Assembly (NCBI RefSeq): GCF_006345805.1 | Contig: NC_042999.1 | Span: forward strand, 17,298,001 to 17,362,000 | Reading direction: 5' to 3' | Source of the DNA: Octopus sinensis | Taxonomy: Eukaryota | DNA: 64,000 nucleotides | The notes under the pieces: model-generated | Database searches by the model: none | Seen by the model: the letters and a program-made list of their open reading frames with translations, nothing else | What the model was told of the DNA's origin: nothing | Made by a program: the position numbers and the translations under genes | Shown here: one piece after another, positions 26,130-37,987 of the stretch | How positions within the stretch are numbered: position 1 is the first letter of the stretch | Layout: each line of letters begins with the position of its first letter

Positions 26130-26809
26130 TATTTATATGAATAACTAGCAGCTAAGCCATGTTTCACTTGGTCTGTTTGGATGATGTGGCTGTGATCGTT
26201 TTTGGTTAGGCATAATCTATAACAGCATTTCTCAACCTTATCATTTCGGGTCTCCTGTTTCAATTTGCGCGTGTTTATGTGAGACACAAAGTCCTCAAAA
26301 CACTCTACTGTCTAAATCCGACAATTCTACCTATTATGTATTTTCAATGAGAAACTGTAACTACAGATTAAGTTTATTAACCCCACAAAGAAGTGAAAGA
26401 AGAAAGACAGCAATAGCGAAAGTTTTGGCTGACTGTCATCCTGTACTCCCCTCGTTGCTAGCGAAATGGTATATGCCGGCTGTGTGAGGAACTCGTTTTA
26501 ATGGCAGAACAAACACGGGAATTCCATTAGAAAAGTTTTAATCCATTTTCTCGCTAACTATGGAGGCTATGAACTAAAAACACAAGCCGCATTCCAATCT
26601 ATGCACCCGGCTTCATATGTGTGCCTTTCTTCACGCTAGTCCACCGAGCCGTTCGGCTCTGAACCTCAAGAAAGAATACAACGATCGCCCATGTCCAACT
26701 TATATTATACATATATAATCTGTTGACTACATATATAATCTGTCTACATGCTAGGCCACTGGTAGTAAACAATTCTAAATGTTTTTTCTTATCCTGATAT
26801 TATATGTAT

Positions 26810-27096
26810 ATATATCACCGTCACCGCCCAGACTATCAGATGTTGCTACACATCGCTGATCACATTGCGGTTCTCATTGTTTTAGCTTTCAAATGACGCC
26901 ACCCCGCCGGCTAAGCGAGCAGGCCGAAGAGAACGAGTGAGAGAAATGTGGCGAAAGAGTACAGCAGGGATCGCCACCATCCCCTGCCGGAGCCTCGTAT
27001 GAGCTCAATAAACACACGAAACACCCAGTCTGGGAATCGAAACCGCGATTCTTCGACCGCGAGTCAACTGCCCTAACACTGGTCCATTGCGCCTCC
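26810..27096 (-). mobile_element. tRNA-derived SINE (family S4)
   Basis: Minus strand ggaggcgcaatggaccagtgttaggg (A box) ... ggtttcgattccc (B box), then non-tRNA body; flanked by (TA)n. Confidence 0.8.
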
Positions 27097-27101
27097 ACAT
27101 G

Positions 27102-27137
<36 letters not shown>

Positions 27138-27154
27138 ATATATATATATTATAT

Positions 27155-27242
<88 letters not shown>

Positions 27243-27373
27243 ATATTATTATATATATATATATATATATATATAAATTGTTATCGCCATATTAATATGG
27301 CATTCTTATAGATGTTCGAAGGTTTCTATTTACCTAGTTTCAGTGGAATACATCCACTTGTTTTCAATAATAG

Positions 27374-27719
27374 AAATATTAAAATTACTAAGTCTCTATA
27401 AAAGAGATTACGGCAGCGTTTACTGGAAATTAATTGTTATCGCCATATTAATATGGCATTCTTATAGATATAAGAATAATCGCTGCCGCTGGTCAGCTCC
27501 ATGAGGCCACCGCCATCAAGATAGCTAGTTAGCGAAGGTTATAATGGATACAGATCGTGTATCTATAGCTATCTTGATGGCGGTGGCCTCATGGAGCTGA
27601 CCAGCGGCAGCGATTATTCTTATATCTATAAGAATGCCATATTAATATAGCGATAACAATTAATTTCCAGTAAAGGGTGCCGTAATCTCTTTTATAGAGA
27701 CTTACTAATTTTAATATTT
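27374..27719. repeat. Near-perfect foldback: ~154-bp inverted arms (27374-27527 / 27566-27719), 38-nt spacer, extra partial copy 27277-27312
   Basis: Arms are reverse complements with only a few mismatches. Confidence 0.92.
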
Positions 27720-28135
27720 ATATATTATATATATAAATGCATACGAGTATGTATATCAACATAAACATTAAAAAAATGTTGATAAACTTCTGCAACGATT
27801 ATAAATTAGTGAAAACCATACTTGAATGGAGGGACTTAGTTTGGAGAATGACATCTAGGTTTATACTAAATCTCTCATTGCATAACTTAGTTCAACTCCA
27901 ATTATTTGGATATATGAGAATCACAACGCACATACGTATATGTATGTATGTCATTACGTAGTTTATTTCAATATTTCTTGACAATAGCTGGTTTCTAATC
28001 TTAAATCCAAGCCTGTATGTATGTATCTCTCTATTTATCTATATACTTAACATTTACGGAGTATTAATTGAAACAACTGTAAGATATGATGATAAATTTG
28101 CTGTTAATAACAAACAACTATTAACTTCCCAATTC

Positions 28136-28187
<52 letters not shown>

Positions 28188-28252
28188 GAATGTATAGATA
28201 TCTATTTTTACATCCATAACTCTCTATATATCTGTCTGAATGTTTGTCTGTA

Positions 28253-29485
28253 TGATTGATTGATTGATTGATTGATACCAGTTTCAGCTTATGAGCTGTG
28301 GCCATGCTGGGGCACCGCCATTTGGTGTTGCTACTTGGTTTCACTTCAGGGAGGCTTTCTAGCAACTGCTATTTGGTGCATGAGAGAGTTCGATGCAGCT
28401 GCCCTCATCTGTCCCTCCTGCCGTGAAGTTGGTTCATCTGGGACACCTGACAGGAAGAGATCCAGCTCCATTTTAAAGACATCTGTATCCACCCCATGCA
28501 GGTCTCTCAGGTTCATCGGGAGGATATTGAAGAGCTGTGGGCCTCGGAAGCCCAGGCTATCACAGAATCTTGTCCTACATCTTGATGGCAAGTTTGGAGT
28601 CCTAGGCACCACGCAGTGGCGCCCAGTTCTGGCGTTTGCGTAACTCTCGATGCCAAGTTCAGGACACTTCCCTCCAGGATCTTCCAGATGTATATTATGG
28701 CATATCTTTCCCGCCTACGCTCCAGGGAATATAATTTTAATCTCTTGAGTCTTTCCCAGTAGCTTACATTCTGCATAGAGGCTATCTCTTCGTGTAGCTT
28801 CGTTGGATCGCCTCAAGTTCTGTGATCAACTTGACACTGGATGGTGACCATAGCTGAGAGCAATAGTCAAAGGGACTTAGGACAAGTGTCTTCCAGAGGA
28901 CCATCATGGTTTCTTGTTCTCTTGTTCTAAAGGTTCTAAGAATCCATCCAGCCAGCCGTCTGCATTTCATTGTCAGTTTAGCAACATGTACATGAAAGGT
29001 CGCGTCATCACTCATGGAATACCCAGGTCACGCACTGATTGTGCCTCTGGGATTGCAATCCCTCCGGGTCCAGTGTATTCCTTGGGTATTGCATTCAGTT
29101 TTGCATGCTGATAGTATAAAGCTTGAAACTTTTCAGCATTGAACTGCATGCTATTCTTTTCAGCCCACTTGTATATTTCGTCCAGCTCATATTGCAGGTG
29201 CCTAGTGTCTTCAGGGTTCTGTATTGCCTGTGAAACTTTTGTATCATCTGCATAACTTGTGATCGTGGCTTTCCGCGTGGCTGAGGGCATGTCTGAGAGG
29301 GCCATTATGAACAGTAGTGGTCCCAAAACAGTGCCCTGTGGAACACCGCTCACTATTTGCGTGCTAATGGAAGTGGCCCCATTGGCTACTACCACCTGAC
29401 TTCTATTCTTCAGAAAGTCGTGAAGCCATTCTCCTAGTTTTCCAACTATGCCAAGATCACGCAGCTTGTGACATATCATTCCAAT
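28253..29485 (-). mobile_element. CR1-group LINE, 5'-truncated (copy A, subfamily 1)
   Basis: RT motifs SGVPQGTVLGPLLF and YADDTK (ORF 29012-29515), LERRR C-terminal motif, (TCAA)n tail at 28253-28277; 5' end fused to TA-rich tract. Confidence 0.95.
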
Positions 29486-30280
29486 ATACATATATATATA
29501 TATACATATACACATATATATATATACACATATTATACATTACTATATATATATATATATACACATATTATTATATATATTACATATACATATATATATA
29601 TATACACAAATATATATATACCATATATATATATATATACATATACAATATATATAAACACATATATAATTATATATATACACATATATATAATACATAT
29701 ATATCTATACATATACATATATTATATACACATATATATATATATATATATACAATATATGATATATAATATATATATACAACACTATATATATATACAT
29801 ATATATATACATACATATACATCTACATATACATATATATTATATATATGATTGCCTTTGCTCTGTGAAAAAGTTTGCATAGAACGGCGAAACAACCCAC
29901 TGTAGTTGCAAAACGTAAAACTCTAAGTCATAGAGATCACTACAACACTTTGGTTAAAAATATGAAAAAAAATATATATAAAATATATACATATACACAG
30001 TAATTTTTTCATTTTCGCCGAAACGCACATGGTGCAAAAATAACTGAATCAAGTTATCTCCTGCAAGAAAGAAAAAGAAGCATCTCTCCTGAAAAAAATC
30101 CCGTAAACCAAAAAAAATAATCAGACCACATTGTTGGATTAAGTATCAATTTCATCTATTTCATTTTTATTTAATATTCTATTTTATCTTTCACTTAGGC
30201 CCACATCTTAGTTAAAGTTGCGATCGTCATTTTGTTTGTTTACATTTTCAATAACTGTTCTGTTCTCGATATAAAAATTT

Positions 30281-31388
30281 CCAGATACTCTATCTTCTAA
30301 TTAGCCTTAAGATTAAATTAAATAACGTTTAATATTGATACCGTTAAATTAGCCTTAGGATTAAATTAAATAACGTTTAATATTGTTTTAATATTGTTAA
30401 TAATTATTGTTAATTAGCCTTAAGATTAAATTAAATAACGTTTAATATTGTTTTAATATGTTAATAATTTTCAGATACTCTATCTTCTAATTAGCCTTAA
30501 GATAAATTAAATAACGTTTAATATTAATAACGTCTAATTAGCCTTAGGATTAAATAAATAACGTTTAATATTGTTAATAATTATTGTTAATAGCCTTAGG
30601 ATTAAATTAAATAACGTTTAATATTGTTTAATACTGTTAATAATTACTGTTAATTAGCCTTAGGATTAAATTAAATAACGTTTAATATTGTTAATAATTA
30701 TTGTTAATTAGCCTTAAGATTAAATTAAATAACGTTTAATATTGTTTTAATATTGTTAATAATTCTTCAGATACTCTATCCTCTAATTAGCCTTAAGATT
30801 AAATTAAATAACGTTTAATATTACCCACACTCTAATATAATATTAACATTGCTAATATATTTTCAGATACTCTATCTCCTGATTAGCCTTAAGATTAAAT
30901 AACGTTTTTATCCACACTCTAATATAATATTAATATTGCTAATATATTTTCAGATACTCTATCTTCTAATTAGCCTTAAGATTAAATTAAATAACGTTAA
31001 TATTAATAAGTCTAATTAGCCTTAAGATTAAATTAAATAACGGTTAATATTGCTTAATATTGTATAATTAATTTCTCAGATACTCTGTCTTCTAATTAGC
31101 CTTAAGATTAAATTAAATAACGTTAAATATTACCCACACTCTAATATAATATTAATATTGCTAATATATTTTCAGATACTCTATCTCCAAATTAGCCTTA
31201 AGATTAAATAACGTTTTTTTTACCCACACTCTAATATAATATTAATATTGCTAATATATTTTCAGATACTCTATCTCCTAATTAGCCTTAAGATAAATAA
31301 CGTTTTTACCCAAATAACGTTTTTACACAAACTTTAATATTGTTAATATTATTTTTCAAGTACTCTATCTTCTAATTTGCCTTAATAT
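30281..31388 (+). repeat. 1.1-kb AT-rich tandem array directly upstream of LINE ORF1
   Basis: About 19 recurrences of a ttagcctta(a/g)gattaaattaaataacg core with interchangeable subunits (cagatactctatcttctaa; ttaatattgttaataattattg; acccacactctaatataat); ends ~60 bp before ATG 31447. Confidence 0.95.
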
Positions 31389-31446
31389 CTTCCTGTCTTC
31401 TCTCGAACATAATTAGATAGATAAACGGATAGACGGATTATCCAGC

Positions 31447-32300
31447 ATGTCCAGAGCATGGAGACGTGACGAGCTGGATTTATTCGTACGAGCATGGGAG
31501 TGCGCCGGCGGAGTTGGCCCTAGCGAGGTGATTGCGGCTGCGCTGAAGAGCAGAGGCTACAAGAGGACAGCGGCTCAGATGGAGCGAAAGAGACAGGAAT
31601 TCGTGCGCTCATATGCGCTTGTACGGTCGCACATTGGCGCACTTGATGCCATCTTTGAGAACGAGCGGGGCAAAGATGGCAAGAATGGAGACGATGAAAG
31701 AAGTCACCCCCACCTGGTGGACGCCCAGGAGGAGGTTTTGAATGAGAAACCTGCCCGGGAAGTGACCCAGGTGGCAAGTTCTCCAACCGGCAGCAAGGGC
31801 CATGGACGGAGCGAGAACCCGGTGAAGAGGTAGAGGAGGAAAGAAGAACTAAAAGAAGGACTGGAAGAGCTAAAGGAAAAGAAAAAGCTCAAGCAGGACC
31901 AAAGAGTGAAACAACCAGGAATAGAAGTGGAACCGCAAAGGATGGAACAAACAGCGCACACGGGTGTGTATGTTCTACCTGAGAGGTTCCTGCTGGCATG
32001 GAAAGGAAGGTGCAGGCTGCCGCTTTGCACATCGGGGACCCTGCACAGAGACACGAGGCAGATGGACAAACCATCAACACAAAGAAAAGGGATGGACCAC
32101 GCACCACCTGCCCCAAAGCGGAGGTACGCAGATGTTGTGCGCGCCAACAAACAGCCAACATGATGTTGTCGAAAGAGCAGCTGCTGAGCAACAATCTTTT
32201 TTGTGCATGGCACAAAAGATTGTACAGCAGCTGACCTGGCTTCATCAAACCCAAGCCCGCAAGGTGGGACTACCCACTATATACCAGACCACCACAGCAA
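31447..32300 (+). CDS. LINE ORF1 (disrupted): N-terminal Myb/SANT-like trihelix domain, charged coiled-coil, CCCH zinc finger
   Basis: WRRDELDLFVRAWE...EVIAAALKSRGYKRTAAQMERKRQEFVRSY (31447-31630) fits the GT-1/Myb_DNA-bind_4 pattern; after TAG 31831 the same frame continues RRKEELKEGLEELKEKKK; +1 frame has CMFYLRGSCWHGKEGAGCRFAH (31967-32032, C-x7-C-x8-C-x3-H). Confidence 0.7.
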
Positions 32301-33340
32301 ACAGACACAAGATGGACACGCCGGCAACAACGTACACCTCACCTCGATACTCCTACTGAACATCAGAGGACTGCAAACACTCAGTAACAGGACAAAGATC
32401 CCGTTCCTGAGAGACTTTGTTGCATGCATCAAGCCTTATGCATAGCACTTACAGAAACGCACCTGAAACCGGACATAGCAGATGCGGAGTTACACATACC
32501 ACAGTATGCTGTACTACGGACCGACAGGAAAGAAAGGAGTCATGGAGGTGTTGCTATGTACATCCGTGAGGACCTCACACGCCAGGTCCTCTTGTCATAC
32601 TCAAACTCGGTGTGTGACACACTAATTGTACATATTAGGCAACTTGATGTAGTTGTGTGTGCTACATATCGCCCTCCAGATGCCCCAAGCCATGTGGGCA
32701 AGTTTGAAGACTGCCTTATAAAAATAGAAGAAATTCTAACCACATTAGAACAACACATAGGTATGCTTCTTATGGGAGACTTCAATCTGCCCAATGTCAG
32801 ATGGCCCGAGGGCCTTTCTCTCGCAGGAATGACAAGATGTGAACGAGGACAGGCGAGGGCCCTCCTGAAACTCATCAACACCCTGTACATGGAGCAGGTA
32901 ATACTCCAACCAACCAGGGCAGGTAACACACTGGATCTCTGCTTCACAAATGACATGGATCTCATCCATAATGTGAAAGTGACACCGACACTAATCTCGG
33001 ATCACAACATGATAGAGCTGACCATGTACGGGCAAAAGAGAGCACGGACATGCAGCCTACAAGAAACCCTCAAATTCTTTCCAGCTTGAACTACCATAAG
33101 GCAAACTGGAAACAAATGAGAAAGAGATCCTCAAACAAAACTGGCCTAAATGTCTCTCTCGCCAGACATCGACGTGAAACTTCAACAATTCATGTCTGTA
33201 ATGCAAGCCATATGCTACAAATGTGTCCCAGAGAGAAAGCCACTGTACACAAGAACAAATCCCCAGAGACAGGAAAATTTTAATGAGACGGCGTACGAAA
33301 TTTTCAAATCGCCTAAACAAACAGATTGAAAGCAGTGAAA

Positions 33341-33440
33341 NNNNNNNNNNNNNNNNNNNNNNNNNNNNNNNNNNNNNNNNNNNNNNNNNNNNNNNNNNNN
33401 NNNNNNNNNNNNNNNNNNNNNNNNNNNNNNNNNNNNNNNN
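33341..33440. other. Assembly gap (100 N) with ~965-bp duplicated flanks
   Basis: 33441-34397 repeats 32375-33340, differing mostly by single-base indels. Confidence 0.95.
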
Positions 33441-34883
33441 CAAACACTCAGTAACAGGACAAGATCCCGTTCCTGAGAGACTTGTGCATGCAATCAGCCT
33501 TATGCATAGCACTTACAGAAACGCACCTGAAACGGACATAGCAGATGCGGGTAGTTACACATACCACAGTATGCTGTACTACGGACCGACAGGAAAGAAA
33601 GGAGTCATGGAGGTGTTGCTATGTACATCCGTGAGGACCTCACACGCCAGGTCCTCTTGTCATACTCAAACTCGGTGTGTGACACACTAATTGTACATAT
33701 TAGCAACTTGATGTAGTTGTGTGTGCTACATATCGCCCTCCAGATGCCCCAAGCCATGTGGGCAAGTTGAAGACTGCCTTATAAAAATAGAAGAAATTCT
33801 AACCACACATTAGAACAACACATAGGTATGCTTCTTATGGGAGACTTCAATCTGCCCAATGTCAGATGGGCCGAGGGCCTTTCTCTCGCAGGAATGACAA
33901 GATGTGAACGAGGACAGGCGAGGGCCCTCCTGAAAACTCATCAACACCCTGTACATGGAGCAGGTAATACTCCAAACCAACCAGGGCAGGTAACACACTG
34001 GATCTCTGCTTCACAAATGACATGGATCTCATCCATAATGTGAAAGTGACACCGACACTAATCTCGGATCACAACATGATAGAGCTGACCATGTACGGGC
34101 CAAAGAGAGCACGGACATGCAGCCTACAAGAAACCCTCAAATTCTTCCAGCTTGAACTACCATAAGGCAAACTGGAAACAAATGAGAAAGAGATCCTCAA
34201 ACAAAACTGGCCTAATGTCTCTCCTCGCCAGACATCGACGTGAAACTTCAACAATTCATGTCGTAATGCAAGCCATATGATACAAAGGTGTCCAGAGAGA
34301 AAGGCACTGTACACAAGAACAAAATCCCAGAGACAGGAAAATTTTAATGAGACGGCGTACGAAATTTCAAATCGCCTAAACAAACATTGAAAGCAGTGAA
34401 AAGTCCCGCCTAAAAATAAAACTGTTGGAAATCGAAAAATGTCTGAACTCCCATGAAAAAAGAAAGAGCAGACAAAAAAGCCGGGCTATACCAAAACATA
34501 AAATCTAACCCCAGAGCCTTCTACAGGTATGCCAAAGAAACAGCTACAGTGCACTGTAGAATAGGGCCACTCCTCGAAAAGGATGCACACTTACAGGAAA
34601 ACAATGAGGGTAAGTGAAATACTGAATGAGCAATTCAAGAGTGTTTTCATACCCCTTGGGCATCTCCAAACCCCCCCAATCCACACGGACTTTTTTACCC
34701 ACTGCAGATATAAATCAGAGCGGCGACGATAGATTACATCGATATAAAGAAGACGATGTAACCAAGGCTATAGATGAAATGAAACAGACTCAGCTACTGG
34801 CCCCGATGGATTCCCGCAATATATTATGTATATATCTTATATGTGTATGTATATATATATATATTGATATGTATATATATATG

Positions 34884-34917
<34 letters not shown>

Positions 34918-35047
34918 ATATATGTATATATATATATGTATATATATATATGTATATGTATAATATATATAGTATATATATATGTATATGTATATATATG
35001 TATATTTATATATATGTATATAATATGTATATATATATATATATATG

Positions 35048-35088
<41 letters not shown>

Positions 35089-35196
35089 TATATATACATA
35101 TATATATGTACATATACATATATATATACATATATATACAGATATATATATACATATATATAATATATAGATATATACATATATATATATACATAT

Positions 35197-37075
35197 ACAG
35201 CCACAGTGCACCAGAGAATAGGACCTCTCTTCCAAAAAGATGGCTCTCTCACAGGAAATCCCACGAGGATAAGTGAAATACTGAACGAAACAGTTCCAAA
35301 GTGTGTTCACTACACCTCTAGGACACGGCAAGTAAACAACCCAGAAGAATCTTTGCCACTTTACCAGCGGCCAAGAGACAAAAATTGAGTACATCAACAT
35401 CGAAGAAGATGATATCACACTAGCCATTGATGAGATTGACACAACTCAGCTGCTGGACTGATGGATTCCAGCGATCTTCTCAAATCGTGCAACGGAGCCC
35501 TTGCAAAACCGCTACAGCTTCTTTTTCAGAGCTTTCTTGCAAGTGGTAAGCTCCCAGTCAAATGAAAGAGGGGGTAATATGCCCTATCCATAAGGGAGGT
35601 AGCAGAGCAGATGCTAAAAATTATAGGCCTATCTCTCTGACCTCACCACATCAGCAAAGTCATGGAACGAATAGTCCGTAAAAACTAATCATGTTCCTTG
35701 AAGAAAATGACTTACTGTCTGACACCAGCATGGATTTCGACCAGGTAGAGGCTGCCTAACACAGCTCCTGCAACACTATGACTGGGTGTTGAAACAGCTA
35801 CTAACTGGCTCAAATGTGGATGTAATATATCTTGACTTTGCAAAAGCTTTGATAAAGTCGACCATGGTATGATCTGTCACAAACTGCGTGGTCTCGGCAT
35901 AGGCGGGAACTTTGGAGAGTGGCTGCACAACTTCCTAAAAGACAGAAAACAGGCAGTTGTGAGCAATGAGCCACCTCCAGGGAAACGCAAATAACAAGCG
36001 GTGTCCCACAGGGCACTGTCTTGGGGCCACTGAGTTCATAGTGGCCCTTTCAGACATGCCTTCAGTTGTTACGAAGACATGGTGACCACCTTGCTAGCTA
36101 TGCAGATGACACAAAGGTCTCCCACGCAATACAGAACCTGAAAATATTGCGCATCTGCAACATGAGCTGGAACAATATACAGGTGGGCTGAGGACAACAA
36201 CATGCAGTTTAATGCAGGTAAGTTCCAGGCCCTGCGCTACTGGCACAAAAGGTAAATGACGTGAAGACTGGATACACTGGCCCAGGAAGAATTGCAATCC
36301 CTGAGTCAAAATCAGTGCGTGACCGGGCATGACATGAGCAATGATGCATCTTTCCAAATGCATATTGATAATCTGGTGATAAATGCAGACGGCTAGCTGG
36401 ATGGATTCTCCGAACTTTCAGAACAAGAGAGAAGGAGACACTGATGGTCCTATGGAAAAATTTGTCCTCAGCCGCTTGGACTACTGCTCCCACTTTGGTC
36501 ACCACACAATATAAAACAAACAGCAGAACTCGAAGCAAACTCAGAGAAGCTACACAAAGAAAATCGTCTCAATGCAAAATGTCAGCTACGGAAAGATGAA
36601 GGTATTAAACTCTTTCTCCCTGGAGCGGAGGCGGGAGAGATATGCAGTTAATATACATCTGGAAAATCCTGGAGGGTCTTATCCCAAACTTGGCATTCAA
36701 AGTTACTCCAACCGCAGAACGGGGCGCCGCTGCGTGGTGCCAAGGATTCCAACATCACCATCAAAAATACAGGTCCAGATACTGCAACAGCTTGGGTTTC
36801 AGAGGACCACAGCTTTCAACATCCTCCCTAATGCCTGAGAGACTTACATGGTGTGGATGTGGGTTTCTTAAAACTAAACTGGATCCCTTCTGTTGGGAGT
36901 CCCAGATGAACCTACTCACGACAGGAGACACGGATGCGGGCAGCAGCATCGAACCCCTTGTTGATCAAGTGCCACGTATCAGAGGTGGATTCACAAACTA
37001 GTGTGGCTCATTCAGCGGTGGTGCCCCAGCATGGCCGCGGCCTTCGGGCTAAAACATTTAAGGATTTAAGGATTT
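35197..37075 (+). mobile_element. CR1-group LINE, 5'-truncated, diverged subfamily 2 (copy B2), between two TA-rich arrays
   Basis: RT motifs (YRPISLTS, DFAKAF, GVPQGTVLGP, LERRR); restarts at a position already covered by B1 (cf. 34540) with clearly diverged sequence; (AGGATTTA)-type tail. Confidence 0.9.
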
Positions 37076-37902
37076 ATATATATATATATAAAAAACATAT
37101 ATATATTATATATACAATATATATACATATATATATATACATATATATATATACATATTATACATATACATATATATATATATACATATATACAATATAA
37201 ACATATATATATATATTACATTAAATATATATATATATCATAATATACATATATATAGATATATATACATATATATATATATATACATATATAAATAATA
37301 CATATATACATATATATACATATATACATATTACATATATATATATATACATATATACATTATATACATAATACATATATATACATATATACATATATAT
37401 ACATTTATATACATATCATATATATACATATATATATATACACATATAGACTATATATACATATGCCTATATATATATACATATACATATATATAATACA
37501 TATATACATATATATCTACATATACATATATATATATACATATATACATTATATACATATACATATATATATATATATACATATATATAATATACATATA
37601 CATATATATATATATACATATATATATATACATATATATACATATATATATACATATATTATATCAATATATATATACATATATATATACATATACACAT
37701 ACATATATACATATACATATACATATATATATACATATATATACATATACATATATATATAATATTACATTATATATAGATATACATAAGTTACATATAT
37801 ATTATATATACATATAATATATATACATATACATATAGATATATAATATAGATATATATACTATATATATACATATATACATAATACATATATATAATAT
37901 AT

Positions 37903-37936
<34 letters not shown>

Positions 37937-37987
37937 CCATATTATATATATATACATTATATATATATATATATACATATATATATT
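37070..37987. repeat. Cryptic (TA/CA/TATAC) microsatellite array
   Basis: Directly visible; similar arrays at 29486-29849, 34821-35196, 39763-40612. Confidence 0.97.

Larger units (their letters stand above)
30281..34820 (+). mobile_element. CR1-group LINE 5' part (copy B1): tandem 5' array, ORF1, APE endonuclease; contains assembly gap with duplicated flanks
   Basis: APE motifs LLLNIRGL, IALTETHL, SHGGVAMY, MGDFNLP, GNTLDL, SDHNMI (32340-33030); linker ends at the GPDG motif at ~34820. Confidence 0.9.

Noticed and set aside
27590-27630. Hammerhead in the palindrome arm (CUGACCA-GC-GGCA-GC-GAUU)
   Set aside because: Both catalytic boxes deviate and stem III is absent.
30281-31388. CRISPR array or telomeric repeat
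   Set aside because: No unique spacers, eukaryotic context, no TTAGGG runs.
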